Shown one piece after another: positions 1 to 9,306 of a stretch of DNA of 64,000 bases. Position 1 is the stretch's first letter, and each line of letters begins with the position of its first letter. The stretch is from Candidatus Latescibacterota bacterium. GTDB lineage: Bacteria; Latescibacterota; UBA2968; UBA8231. The notes beneath the pieces are model-generated. The model had not been told where the DNA came from and searched no databases. It saw only the letters and a list, made by a program, of their open reading frames with translations. The position numbers and the translations under genes are program-made. The DNA lies in the NCBI GenBank assembly GCA_965203175.1, contig OZ241867.1, positions 3,680,001 to 3,744,000 on the forward strand. The letters are read 5' to 3'.

Positions 1-220
1 CATGAGGCAACTCGGACCAGTAGTCCACTACCGAACGCCCCAGATTCCACACCAGATGATCGCAGCCCGCCTGCAGGTGTAGGGCGACGCACTCGTCCAG
101 CGCTTTAGGCCCTGGGCACGGCTTGCCGTAGTTGGCGTAGTAGCACATCCACTCCGAGATGCCGAACACCGGTTTTTCGTTGCCGCTTGCCGTGCGCAAT
201 TCGAGTTGCTCTTGTGCCAT
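1..220 (-). CDS. Partial CDS (N-terminus; runs off the left edge), possibly a TIM-barrel glycoside-hydrolase-like protein
   Basis: Manual translation from ATG at 220 gives MAQEQLELRTASGNEKPVFGISEWMCYYANYGKPCPGPKALDECVALHLQAGCDHLVWNLGRSVVDYWSELPH, open to base 1. It starts 18 bp after the stop of the upstream gene on the same strand. Family call is tentative. Confidence 0.6.
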   Translation of the reverse strand, partial: MAQEQLELRTASGNEKPVFGISEWMCYYANYGKPCPGPKALDECVALHLQAGCDHLVWNLGRSVVDYWSELPH

Positions 221-237
221 CTAAATGTCGGCGTCCA

Positions 238-1167
238 TTAAGCGGGCCATCGCGCGGTTCCAATGGCGTAATACTTGTGTACGAAAGGGGGTGCCGGGCG
301 CGAGGCGTACCAGATGCGGAGGGAGCCGTCGTCGAGGCGCAGTATCGATTGGCTGGTCGTGTAGTGGGATTCCCAGGTCCGCGATGGATCGGGAGCGAAA
401 ACGGGGTTGTCGGGGTCCTTGTGCCAACGCAAGCCGTCGTCGCTGTAGGCACAGCCAATAGCGGTTTTCATTTCCTCGCTGCCGTACTGGCTGTAGCTGC
501 CGTACCACATCCAGTACTGGCCGTCTATGACGACAACCGTGGGATAGACGAGGCGGTCGTGTTCCCAGGATTGGTCGAGCGTCAGAACCGGGTCGGCTGT
601 GACCTGCCAGTTGTACCCGTCGGCGCTTTGGGCATAACGTATGCTCCAGGGCAGAGCCTGGACGTCGGTGTACCAGAGTTTGTAGTGGTCGGCTTCTTTG
701 ATAAGGGTCGGTGCGTATGCGTGTTCGAGTTGCGGAGCCGATGGCGCATCCCACTCGCTGCCGTCGTCGCTGGCGGTTTCGTGCAGGGTGTGCATCCGGT
801 CGCCGGAGGGGAAGTTGCAGGAGGAAAACCACAGACGCAGGCGGCCTTGCTCCCTGCACACCGAGCCGTCGGGGTGGCGGAGGAGCGTGGGGGTTAAAAT
901 CGAGCGCGTGTCCGTGAGGCGGCACACCGGCGAGCGCGGATCTTTGCTAAAGCGGACGCCGTCGGTGGAAGTAGCCAAGCCGAGGGTGAAGGCGCGATTG
1001 TCCACGCGGTCGCGGTCGTTGACATTGTGGCGCGATCCGCTGTACCACATCGAGTACACCCCATCCTCGTAGGCAACGCAGGGGGCGAAAAGGTGCATGT
1101 CGTCGAAGGCTCCTTCAGAGCCTAGGGAGATGCAGGGGCCTTCGTCGCGCTGCCAGTTCTGGATCAT
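238..1167 (-). CDS. Five-bladed beta-propeller glycoside hydrolase-like protein (GH32/43/130 clan-like)
   Basis: Repeated blades of type P-x-V...Y-x-M-W-Y...G-x-A-x-S-x-D-G-x-x-W (YSMWYSG, GLATSTDG, YKLWYT, YAQSADG, YWMWYG, GCAYSDDG, NPVF). Confidence 0.8.
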   Translation of the reverse strand: MIQNWQRDEGPCISLGSEGAFDDMHLFAPCVAYEDGVYSMWYSGSRHNVNDRDRVDNRAFTLGLATSTDGVRFSKDPRSPVCRLTDTRSILTPTLLRHPDGSVCREQGRLRLWFSSCNFPSGDRMHTLHETASDDGSEWDAPSAPQLEHAYAPTLIKEADHYKLWYTDVQALPWSIRYAQSADGYNWQVTADPVLTLDQSWEHDRLVYPTVVVIDGQYWMWYGSYSQYGSEEMKTAIGCAYSDDGLRWHKDPDNPVFAPDPSRTWESHYTTSQSILRLDDGSLRIWYASRPAPPFVHKYYAIGTARWPA

Positions 1168-1318
1168 GCGTTTTATCCCGTGTATGACGCCCCTCTAGCA
1201 AACTCGCAGTTGACCGGAACCAAATGTAGCTTAGCTTGGTTCGCTCAGTGCCTGCGGGCGTCGGCGTTCCAGTCCTCGCTTCGGCACCATTCTAAGCCAA
1301 TAGTTAGTCCCTCACAAG

Positions 1319-2491
1319 ATGACGCATATACAAAACCACGACCTCCGCAAAGATCGAATGACAACCGTTTTTCCCATCACCCAACCGCCTGGATTCCACT
1401 GGTTCAGCTACTACGACAAGTTCCAGTTCGACCCAACGGACCGCTACGCCCTCGGCATGCGCGTAGACTTTGAGCATCGCCTGCCGACCGAGGAAGATGT
1501 GGTTGCCATCGGCATGATTGACCTCGCCGACGGCAACCGGTGGATCGATCTCGGCCAGTCGCGCGCCTGGTGCTGGCAGCAGGGTTGCATGCTCCAGTGG
1601 CGCCCCGGCTCGGATCGCGAGGTAGTGTGGAACGACCGCGACGGAGACGGGTACGTCAGTCGCGTCCTCGATGTAGAGACGCGAAAGATGCGAACTTTGC
1701 CCCGCCCGATCGGCACGCTCAGCCCCGACGGAAAGCTCGCCCTCTGCGAAGACTACAGTCGCATCTGGAACTTCCGCGCCGGCTACGGATATGCGGGAAT
1801 CCCCGACAGGTTCAAAGAGGAGCTCGCCCCAGAGGAGATAGGCGTTTGGCGCATGGATCTCGACACCGGGGATGTTGAGCAACTGATCTCACTCGCCGAG
1901 TTCGTGCGCATCCCGTACCCCGGCCAGACGCCGGAGGACAACCACTACGTCAATCATCTCTCGTGGAACCCCTGCGGCGAGCGGTTCCTCATGTTCAACC
2001 GCTGGGCGGGAGGAGGCCAGCCGACGCGCGTCTTCACCATGGCCGCCGACGGCAGCGATCTGCGACTCCTGTCGGGCCATGGCGCGTCACACTGGACCTG
2101 GTGCGATTCCGATTGCGCTCTCATCTGGGGCGAGGGCGCGTACAAGCTCTACCGCGATGATGGTTCCGGCGAGGCGTGTGAAGTTCTGTGGGAACACGTG
2201 AATGGGCACCAGAGTTATGTGCCTGGGACCGACAACGAGTGGTTGCTGACCGACACGTATCCGGCGAACGACCAGCAGGAACTCTGCCTCTACCACATCC
2301 CGTGCAAAAAGAAGGTCAGCCTTGGGTTCTTCGATGCGCCTTCTGCGTATCGAGGTGAGTGGCGCTGTGATCTTCACCCGCGACTGAGCCGCAGCGGCAC
2401 GAAGGTGGTAATCGATTCGCCGCACCAAGGAAACGGTCGCCAGATGTATCTCATCGAGATCGAGGATGTCTTGGCTCAGGGACGGGCCTGA
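1319..2491 (+). CDS. Oligogalacturonate lyase/TolB-like beta-propeller protein
   Basis: 390-aa ORF with AWCWQQGCMLQW, NHLSWNP, SHWTW, GHQSY, LTDTYP and RCDLHPR motifs. Start may be ATG 1358. Confidence 0.75.
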   Translation: MTHIQNHDLRKDRMTTVFPITQPPGFHWFSYYDKFQFDPTDRYALGMRVDFEHRLPTEEDVVAIGMIDLADGNRWIDLGQSRAWCWQQGCMLQWRPGSDREVVWNDRDGDGYVSRVLDVETRKMRTLPRPIGTLSPDGKLALCEDYSRIWNFRAGYGYAGIPDRFKEELAPEEIGVWRMDLDTGDVEQLISLAEFVRIPYPGQTPEDNHYVNHLSWNPCGERFLMFNRWAGGGQPTRVFTMAADGSDLRLLSGHGASHWTWCDSDCALIWGEGAYKLYRDDGSGEACEVLWEHVNGHQSYVPGTDNEWLLTDTYPANDQQELCLYHIPCKKKVSLGFFDAPSAYRGEWRCDLHPRLSRSGTKVVIDSPHQGNGRQMYLIEIEDVLAQGRA

Positions 2492-2501
2492 GCGCACTGT
2501 C

Positions 2502-3590
2502 TTACTTGGTCAATCCTCGCTTGACTTTCCGCTCAAACTCGCGCATCTCATCCACTCCGTCTAACACGCCGATTTCCATGTTGAACTCGCGCACCTCGCC
2601 CGATTCGATGTACTGCAAGGTCCCGTGCTTGCGGTTCCAAGCGCGACCGAGCACTGAGCAGTTGCCCGGCTCAATGCCGGTGACGTAGGTGCCCTTGTGG
2701 AAGTGCTGCCAGTGGTTGACGATGGGGATCTCGCTGTGCTTGAACTGCCAATACAATCCCAAGCCGAGCTTTTCGTTGAGCAGGCCGATGTGGACGCGCC
2801 CCTGGCGGTCGGTGCGGGGCCGATGCACGTACACATCGTCGTGGGCGCGCGGTTGCGGCCCTTGGGCCACAGTGTAGTCCTCGGGGCTGACGGGGCGGTC
2901 CGCGGTCCACTCGGTGCTCTCGCGGCTGTAGAGGACGAGGCGGGTCCCTTCGTCGAGGAGGGGAAAGCCGGGGTTGCAGTGGTACACGAACATGAGCGGC
3001 GAGCGATCGGCGGCGAGGTTTTCGATGCGGTCGCGGATATGGATGCTGCGCTCGCCGAGTACGGTCGAGATCTCGCGCGACAGTTCTAAATTCTCGGCAA
3101 AGACCTCAGCCTGGCGCATTTGGCCGCGGATGCGCACGACGTAATTGCCGCCCTCCCAGCCTTCCTCAATGCCGACGTTTTTAGCCGGGATGTACGAGAG
3201 GCGACCGTGCAGGGGCATTTCGGCGTTTTCTTCTTCGGGATCGACTTCTGGGTGGCCGACAAAGTCGAGTCCGCAAGAGGTAACCAGCCCGCCGAACCAG
3301 CCGCGTCCCCATTTGAAGCCCTCTGGCTCGTAGAAGGCCGGCCCGACGTCTCCGGGGCCGGAGCGGAAGCACAGCGACTGGCCCTTGTAGTGGGCCGAGG
3401 CAATGTCGAGGGCGCGGCCGGGCAAGACGGAAAACCCCAAGCCCGAAGCGTTGAATACGTCGATGAGATCGGCGCCGCGCTCAAAGCCTTCGCTGCGCTC
3501 GGCGCGGCGGGCGTACATGAGCTGGCTGATGTCACCGACGCGGTTGAGCAGTTGGCGGCGGGTGAAGTTGCGGCCGAAAAGCTTGGGCAT
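2502..3590 (-). CDS. Aldose 1-epimerase family protein (DUF4432-like)
   Basis: GRALDI, GGLVTSCGL, LHGR, YHCNPGFPLL and GIEPGN motifs. AGGAGG RBS precedes ATG 3590. Confidence 0.85.
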   Translation of the reverse strand: MPKLFGRNFTRRQLLNRVGDISQLMYARRAERSEGFERGADLIDVFNASGLGFSVLPGRALDIASAHYKGQSLCFRSGPGDVGPAFYEPEGFKWGRGWFGGLVTSCGLDFVGHPEVDPEEENAEMPLHGRLSYIPAKNVGIEEGWEGGNYVVRIRGQMRQAEVFAENLELSREISTVLGERSIHIRDRIENLAADRSPLMFVYHCNPGFPLLDEGTRLVLYSRESTEWTADRPVSPEDYTVAQGPQPRAHDDVYVHRPRTDRQGRVHIGLLNEKLGLGLYWQFKHSEIPIVNHWQHFHKGTYVTGIEPGNCSVLGRAWNRKHGTLQYIESGEVREFNMEIGVLDGVDEMREFERKVKRGLTK

Positions 3591-3715
3591 GAAGAACCTC
3601 CTGTGTGAATGATAAACCTTGTAAGGGTCTGGGTTTCTCAATATAAGATATAGGGCCGAACGGGCGAATGGCTCTTCTCGGTCAATGCAAACTCATTGAA
3701 AAGGAATCAGAAGGG

Positions 3716-4627
3716 ATGGCTTTTGCAACGGCGGTACAGCTTGAAAACGTGTGGAAGCGCTTCGGCGCGGTCGAGGCCGTGCGCGGGGTGTCGCTGCGCG
3801 TGCCCGCGGGGTGTATCTACGGGCTGTTGGGCCCCAACGGCGCGGGTAAGACGACCCTTATCCGCATGATTATGAGCATCTTCTTCGCCGACTCCGGGCG
3901 CATCGGCCTGCTGGATGGGCAACAGGCCCTCGCGGTCAAAGATCAGCTCGGCTATCTGCCCGAGGAAAAGGGTCTGTATAAGAAGATGAAGGTCGCCGAG
4001 GTGATGATTTATTTCGCGCGGCTCAAGGGGCTTGCTGCGGACGTGGCTCAGCAGCGGGCCGCCGAGTTGTTGCAGCGCTATGGCCTCGGCGACTATCAGG
4101 ATCGGCGCTGCGAGGTGCTTTCCAAGGGCATGGAGCAAAAGGTGCAATTGCTCTCAGCGCTGATCCACGAGCCTGAGTTGGTCATTCTCGACGAGCCTTT
4201 TTCCGGGCTGGACCCGGTCAATCGCGATCTGATGCGGGACGTCATCTTGCAGATGCGCCGCGATGGCAAGACGGTGATCTTCTCGACCCATCTCATGGAG
4301 CAGGCCGAGCAGCTATGCGATTTTGTCGCACTGATCAACAAAGGGCAGAAGGTCGTCGATGGCCCATTGGGCCAAGTGCTCGCCAGCGGAGGGCGCGCCG
4401 CAGTGCTCGACTACGATGGCGACGGGCATCTGCTGAGCGATCTGCCGGGCGTGACCCGGGTCAACGACTCGGGCAAGCGGGCCGAGCTTTTTCTGGCCGA
4501 AGACGCAGACTCGCAAGCGCTGTTGGCCGCGCTCGTCCCCAAGGTGCAGATAAGGGGCTTTGCCCTGCGCACGGCCTCTTTGCACGAGATCTTCATCCGA
4601 GCCATAGGGGAGGCCGACGATGCGTAA
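3716..4627 (+). CDS. ABC-2 exporter ATP-binding subunit (NatA/YhaQ-like, C-terminal DUF4162)
   Basis: Walker A GPNGAGKTT, signature LSKGM, Walker B ILDEPFSGLD, H-loop FSTH, C-terminal SLHEIF. Confidence 0.92.
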   Translation: MAFATAVQLENVWKRFGAVEAVRGVSLRVPAGCIYGLLGPNGAGKTTLIRMIMSIFFADSGRIGLLDGQQALAVKDQLGYLPEEKGLYKKMKVAEVMIYFARLKGLAADVAQQRAAELLQRYGLGDYQDRRCEVLSKGMEQKVQLLSALIHEPELVILDEPFSGLDPVNRDLMRDVILQMRRDGKTVIFSTHLMEQAEQLCDFVALINKGQKVVDGPLGQVLASGGRAAVLDYDGDGHLLSDLPGVTRVNDSGKRAELFLAEDADSQALLAALVPKVQIRGFALRTASLHEIFIRAIGEADDA

Positions 4628-6152
4628 AATTGCTTTGGTTGCCCGGCGCGAATACGCGGAGCACGTCCGCACCAAGGGGTTTTGGATCGGCGTTCTGGCC
4701 TTCCCGCTCATCCTCGCGTTGAGCGTTGTGGTGCCCATTCTATTGAGCGGAACCAAACAGGCGCGCACCTATGCCGTGATCGACCATTCGGGTTTTGTGC
4801 TACAGGAGGTGGAAAAGGGCATTTTGGCCGAGGATCTGGGCATAGTGCTGCGGGATGCGGCGGAGCGCTATCGCGACGGGGGTCGGGCTTGGGAGCGCTT
4901 GCCGGATGCGGTCCGGGCCGCCGCGAAGGGCTATGTGAGCTTGGCGGAAGCGGAGCGGCCGGCGCTGGTCCAGGACCTCGCTGTGGGCGGAGATGAGGTC
5001 GTGCCTGGTCTCGTCGAATGGTGGCAGCAGGTCTCGGCTGAAGAGTTGGAGGCCCTCGACTTGGAACTCTCGCGCAGCCGCTACGTTCGGGTGGAGGTGC
5101 CCAGCGGCGACGATCCGCCAGCCGTGCTCAATCGCATGGTAAACGACGGCTCGCTCTTTGCGTACTTCGTCATCTCCCCAGATCCAGTCGCCAGCGACGA
5201 GGGGTGCAAATACATCTCTTTGAACCGGACCGATCAGGACTTGCGCCGTTGGTTTGCAGACCAGGTGTTTCAAGTGGTGCGGGCGCGGCGCATTGAACAG
5301 GCGGGTCTCGACGCGGAAACCAGCGACTGGTTGCAGTCCTCAGTGCATTTTGCGGAGCGCAAGGTCGATAAGCGCGGCGACGAGGCCGAGGTTTCCACAG
5401 TCGATAGGGTCCAGCAGTGGGCCGTCGTACCGTTCGTTTATCTATTGTGGATGGCGATATTTATCAACGCGCAGACGCTTATGACCAATACTGTGGAGGA
5501 GAAGTCGTCGCGCCTCATCGAAGTGCTGCTGTCCGCGCTCTCGTCCTTTGAATTGATGGCTGGCAAAATTGCCGGCACGGCCGCGGTTGGGCTGACCTTG
5601 GTCTTTACTTGGGTCGCGTGCGTGGTGGTGGGAGTGGTGATCGCGCCGGCCGCGTTGGGGGACGATGTGGCCTCCATCGTCGGCATTGCCGGTACTCCGC
5701 TGTACTTGTGGTCTTTTATTTTTTATTTTTTGGCTGGATTCTTGCTGTACGCCTGCCTGCTGGTGGGAGCTGGCTCGCTGTGCAATAGCTTAAAAGACGC
5801 GCAGAGCCTGATGTTGCCGCTCCTCGTGCCGCTGATGGTGCCGTTGCTCACCATGATACCCATCACTCAAGACCCCAACGGCACCTTGGCGCGAGTTATG
5901 TCCTACATCCCGCTTTTTACCCCTTTTGTCATGATGAATCGGGCCGCTGGTTCACCGCCGCTGTGGGAGTATTTGGTGACCACAGTGCTGCTTTTGTTAT
6001 CCATCTACTTAGCAGTGCGGGGGGCGGGCAAGGTCTTCCGCATCGGTATCTTGATGACGGGCAAGCCGCCGAGGTTGGGAGAGATCATGCGCTGGTTGAC
6101 GGCCAAAGAAGACATCAGCCCGGCGGAGCGCGAAGCGGCCCAGGTCAGTTGA
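4620..6152 (+). CDS. ABC-2 exporter permease (NatB/YhaP-like)
   Basis: N-terminal ARREY plus TM helix, large extracytoplasmic domain, VEEKSSRLIEVLLS and MAGK motifs, C-terminal TM helices. Overlaps the ATPase gene. Confidence 0.9.
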   Translation: MRKIALVARREYAEHVRTKGFWIGVLAFPLILALSVVVPILLSGTKQARTYAVIDHSGFVLQEVEKGILAEDLGIVLRDAAERYRDGGRAWERLPDAVRAAAKGYVSLAEAERPALVQDLAVGGDEVVPGLVEWWQQVSAEELEALDLELSRSRYVRVEVPSGDDPPAVLNRMVNDGSLFAYFVISPDPVASDEGCKYISLNRTDQDLRRWFADQVFQVVRARRIEQAGLDAETSDWLQSSVHFAERKVDKRGDEAEVSTVDRVQQWAVVPFVYLLWMAIFINAQTLMTNTVEEKSSRLIEVLLSALSSFELMAGKIAGTAAVGLTLVFTWVACVVVGVVIAPAALGDDVASIVGIAGTPLYLWSFIFYFLAGFLLYACLLVGAGSLCNSLKDAQSLMLPLLVPLMVPLLTMIPITQDPNGTLARVMSYIPLFTPFVMMNRAAGSPPLWEYLVTTVLLLLSIYLAVRGAGKVFRIGILMTGKPPRLGEIMRWLTAKEDISPAEREAAQVS

Positions 6153-6987
6153 GCGGGATCAGGCGATTGGCAAGGACGCGGATGTTGTGCTCAATGGTGG
6201 GGGCGTCCGGGGCATCGCCGGCTTGACGGAGGTACTCATTAAATGCCTCAATGGCCTTGAGGTACTCGCCGGTGTGGTGATAGAGGAAGCCGAGGTCGCG
6301 GTAGTTTTCGGCTTCGTCTGGCTGTAGATACGCGATTTTCTCGGCCCAGCGGATGGCGGTGGAAAACTCGCGGGCTTGGAAGTGGAGGCGTTTGAGGTTG
6401 CGGAGCATGCGCGCCAATATGTGCAGCGACGAGGTCGGCTCGATGAACTCAGGGGCCAATTCGAGCCGGCGTCCCTCAATGACCGGTAGCCGCTCGCCCA
6501 AGGACTTGCCATCGACAAAAGCGCCGTCGGCAAAGGGATCGACGAAGAGCGGCTCGTCGCCTTGGGTGCTGCGCACGAGGAAGTGGTGCGGAAAATTGAC
6601 CCCTGCGAGGGGGAAAGACAGCCGCTTGCCCAATTCTAGATAGACGACCGCTAGGGTGATGGGAATGCCGAGGCGGCGATCGAGGACCTCGTTGAGGTAG
6701 CTGTTGCGGGGATCGTCGTAGTGGGCGCGGTTGCCGCGGAAGCCGAGGTCGCCGAACACGTATTGGCTCAGGTTGGCCAGCGAGGCCGACAGGGAGTCGG
6801 CCGCGGCATAGCGGGAGCGAAAGTCCTCGCTGAGCGCGTCGAGTTGCCGCAGGTAGTGCTCGATATCGAGGTTGGGATACGCTTGCCGGGCGATGAATAA
6901 GGCTCCGCGGGCGAGGTCGATCTCGCCGGAGGAGTCACGTGCTTTTTGGACGAGCGCGAAGAAAGGATCGGAAGGCCGTGGGCGCAT
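6145..6987 (-). CDS. SirB1/transglutaminase-like (Transglut_core2) protein with C-terminal TPR
   Basis: GFRGNRAHYDDPRNSYLNEVLDRRLGIPITL, GVNFPHHFL, ILARMLRNLK and a TPR tail. Start could be TTG 7029. Confidence 0.85.
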   Translation of the reverse strand: MRPRPSDPFFALVQKARDSSGEIDLARGALFIARQAYPNLDIEHYLRQLDALSEDFRSRYAAADSLSASLANLSQYVFGDLGFRGNRAHYDDPRNSYLNEVLDRRLGIPITLAVVYLELGKRLSFPLAGVNFPHHFLVRSTQGDEPLFVDPFADGAFVDGKSLGERLPVIEGRRLELAPEFIEPTSSLHILARMLRNLKRLHFQAREFSTAIRWAEKIAYLQPDEAENYRDLGFLYHHTGEYLKAIEAFNEYLRQAGDAPDAPTIEHNIRVLANRLIPLN

Positions 6988-7004
6988 AAAAGCTGCGGCC
7001 TCGG

Positions 7005-7994
7005 TTAGACGCTGCGGTTGTGGATCCAACTAAACCGCAGCGGTGCGGTGCCATTTAGCCGCCGCTCATTGCGCTCGGCTAGTCTGGCGTAGCGCGGCCC
7101 GAGCGAGCATAAGTAGTCTTGGGCGGCGGCCGCTTCTCCGGTGAGGCCGCAAAGCGAATCCAACTCCCACTGGCGGACTAGATGCTGGATGATTTCTGCG
7201 TAGTGCTTGGCCGTGTACACCCCGAGCCGCTGGGCTACAATCGAGAAGTGTTCAAAAAGGTCGGGATCTTGCCCGTCGGTCATTAGATGAGCGGGCATGA
7301 CGACTTGGCGTTTCATCAGGTCGCGGAAGGCCAATATTGCGCCGGTGGGATCTAGCTCAAAAATTTTCTTGATAAAGTTCGTGTACGCTTTTTCGTGGCG
7401 GGCTTCGTCGCCGGCCACGACGCCGCAGATAGTCTTGAGGTGCGAATCTCCAGCCCTTTGCGCCAAGCGGGCCACGTTGCTGTGAGAGATGCGGGTCGCC
7501 CGCTCTTGGAAAGACGTATAGACGAAACCCTTGTAGGGGTCTTGGGCGGCTTGCGGGTTGAAGCCGTTGCGCAGCAGGTATTGGATCGTCGTCTCGATGG
7601 CGCGCATATCGACGCGACCGGTGAGGAAAAGGTACTTGTTGAGCAGGTCGCCGTGGCGGTTTTCCTCGGCCGTCCAACCGCGCGACCACTGGGCCCACGG
7701 GCTGGGATCCGTGCCGGTGGTGTCTGACACGCCTTCAAAGCTGTTGAGCAAGGTCTGATAGGTGGGCAGAGCTTCCTCGGTGATCATGTCGCCGACTAGG
7801 ACGACGAGGACGTCGTCGGGAAGCGCTTGAGCGCGGGTGCGGAATTCGCGGATGGAGTCTTCCCAGTTTTCCTCGCCCACATTGGGGAGAAAATCGTCGG
7901 GCTGCCAACTATCCTCTACGGATTTGAGCAACTTGAGCTGGTCCCTAACAAAATCCTCCATGCTCGCGATGACTTCTCTCTTGTGCGGATTCAA
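7005..7994 (-). CDS. Soluble acyl-ACP desaturase (stearoyl-ACP/DesA1-like di-iron enzyme)
   Basis: WQPDDFLP, GDMITEEALPTY, WTAEENRHGD, YTSFQERAT and DEARHE di-iron ligand motifs. TTG start. Confidence 0.93.
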   Translation of the reverse strand: MNPHKREVIASMEDFVRDQLKLLKSVEDSWQPDDFLPNVGEENWEDSIREFRTRAQALPDDVLVVLVGDMITEEALPTYQTLLNSFEGVSDTTGTDPSPWAQWSRGWTAEENRHGDLLNKYLFLTGRVDMRAIETTIQYLLRNGFNPQAAQDPYKGFVYTSFQERATRISHSNVARLAQRAGDSHLKTICGVVAGDEARHEKAYTNFIKKIFELDPTGAILAFRDLMKRQVVMPAHLMTDGQDPDLFEHFSIVAQRLGVYTAKHYAEIIQHLVRQWELDSLCGLTGEAAAAQDYLCSLGPRYARLAERNERRLNGTAPLRFSWIHNRSV

Positions 7995-8061
7995 CTGAGT
8001 TTCTCCATCACTAAGTGATAAAAAAATACCCTAACCGGGTACTCGGGCGGCATGGTTTTGT

Positions 8062-8215
8062 AGACATAAATACTGAATATAAGACAAAATGTACAAGTTG
8101 AGCTATCGATTCAAGCAGTTTTTACTCGGTAGCCCTTTGTTGAAGCAACAAGCGAGTATATTGCAAAACGAATGTTTTGTATATAAAACAAATGTAATAT
8201 AATATAAACAAATTC
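8062..8215. promoter_or_regulatory. AT-rich divergent promoter region with 20-bp-phased direct repeats
   Basis: AAAACGAATG (8165), AAAACAAATG (8185), TAAACAAATT (8205); AGACATAAAT (8062) and AGACAAAATG (8082); TATAAT at 8198-8203. Confidence 0.5.
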
Positions 8216-8420
8216 TTTTAGCCCGTCAACGCGCGCCGCAATGTACGAGCGGCTGGCGACAGTCGCCAAAAGTGGCGAACGCCGCCATAAACGCGGGCGA
8301 TGCTCACGCACCTCTTAATCTTATCCGGTTGTTTACAAATAAGTTATGATCTGAGCAAAACGGCGGTACGCCCTTTGCTGATAAACGGGGTGAATCCCTT
8401 ACCCCAACAAGGAGGATACC

Positions 8421-8618
8421 TTGGTGAACAGAGGATTTAGTAGGGAGCAGATCGAGCGCGTAGCGCGGATGTACAAATGCAATCAGGACGCCAGCCGGGC
8501 GCTGGGGATCACGATTCGCAGCTTTAGCCGGCTCTGCCGCAAATACGAGATTGAATCGCCTTTTGCGCGGCGACGGCGGCAGCGCGGTCAGGCGACCCAA
8601 AGCCCTAACTTTGAATAG
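8421..8618 (+). CDS. Small standalone Fis-like helix-turn-helix protein
   Basis: AAGGAGG RBS at 8409-8415. NQDASRALGITIRSFSRLCRKYEI resembles the Fis/HTH_8 motif; basic tail. Start TTG 8421 or GTG 8424. Confidence 0.7.
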   Translation: MVNRGFSREQIERVARMYKCNQDASRALGITIRSFSRLCRKYEIESPFARRRRQRGQATQSPNFE

Positions 8619-8628
8619 GAGGCATATC

Positions 8629-9294
8629 ATGGGAGCAATAGAACGGATCGCCGCCATCTGGAAAGCGAACCTCAACGAGGTGCTGGACCGGATCGAGGAT
8701 CCAGCAAAGATGGTGGATCAGATCGTCCGCGACGCAGAGCGCGCCGTTGACCAAGCGGTAGCCTCGCTGGTCAAGGCGCGGGCCACCAAGCGGCGTCTAG
8801 AGCGCGACCTCCAGCGCAACGCCGAGCAGATACAGATGTGGCAAGCGAAAGCCACAGCCGCGGTGGAGGCCGGAAACGACGAGGGCGCGCGGCTCGCCTT
8901 GATACAGAAGACGGAGCTGGATCAGGCGCATGTGCGTCTGGAACCGGCCCTCGCAGAAAGCTGTGATACCGTGGCTGAGCTAGAGGAGCAGGTCGAGGTC
9001 CTGCGCCAAAAGCTGCGCGATATCCGCGCGCGGCGGGGCAAGCTAATCGCCCGCTGTTGCGCTGAGCGCGAGCGCGGTGTAGCATTCGGCGAAGACACGT
9101 CTGCGCATCGCTTTGACGCGATCGCGCAGCGGGTGCAGCAGAGCGAGCGCGAGTTGGCGCGCTTTGAGGAGGAGGTCGATCAGGCCGTCGCCGAGGCCGA
9201 AGTGCTGCGCGAATTAGCCGCTAAGCGCCGCGCCGAGCGCGACCACAAAGTCGCGGAGGAACTGGCCGCACTGAAAGCGGAAAAGATATCGTAA
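8629..9294 (+). CDS. pspA: PspA/IM30 (Vipp1/LiaH) family protein
   Basis: MGAIERIAAIWKANLNEVLDRIEDPAKMVDQ, AVEAGNDEGARLAL, C-terminal EELAALK coiled coil. AGGAGG RBS. Confidence 0.9.
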   Translation: MGAIERIAAIWKANLNEVLDRIEDPAKMVDQIVRDAERAVDQAVASLVKARATKRRLERDLQRNAEQIQMWQAKATAAVEAGNDEGARLALIQKTELDQAHVRLEPALAESCDTVAELEEQVEVLRQKLRDIRARRGKLIARCCAERERGVAFGEDTSAHRFDAIAQRVQQSERELARFEEEVDQAVAEAEVLRELAAKRRAERDHKVAEELAALKAEKIS

Positions 9295-9306
9295 AGGAGG
9301 CCGGTC

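Noticed and set aside
187-925. Long alternative ORFs (187..897 +, 221..925 -) over the propeller gene
   Set aside because: Shadow frames typical of high-GC DNA. Only 238..1167 has family motifs.
8240-8300. Overlapping small hairpins (TGGCGACAGTCGCCA, TCGCCAAAAGTGGCGA) as an ncRNA or sigma54 site
   Set aside because: Too short to call, and there is no GG-N10-GC match in a convincing TGGCAC/TTGC context.
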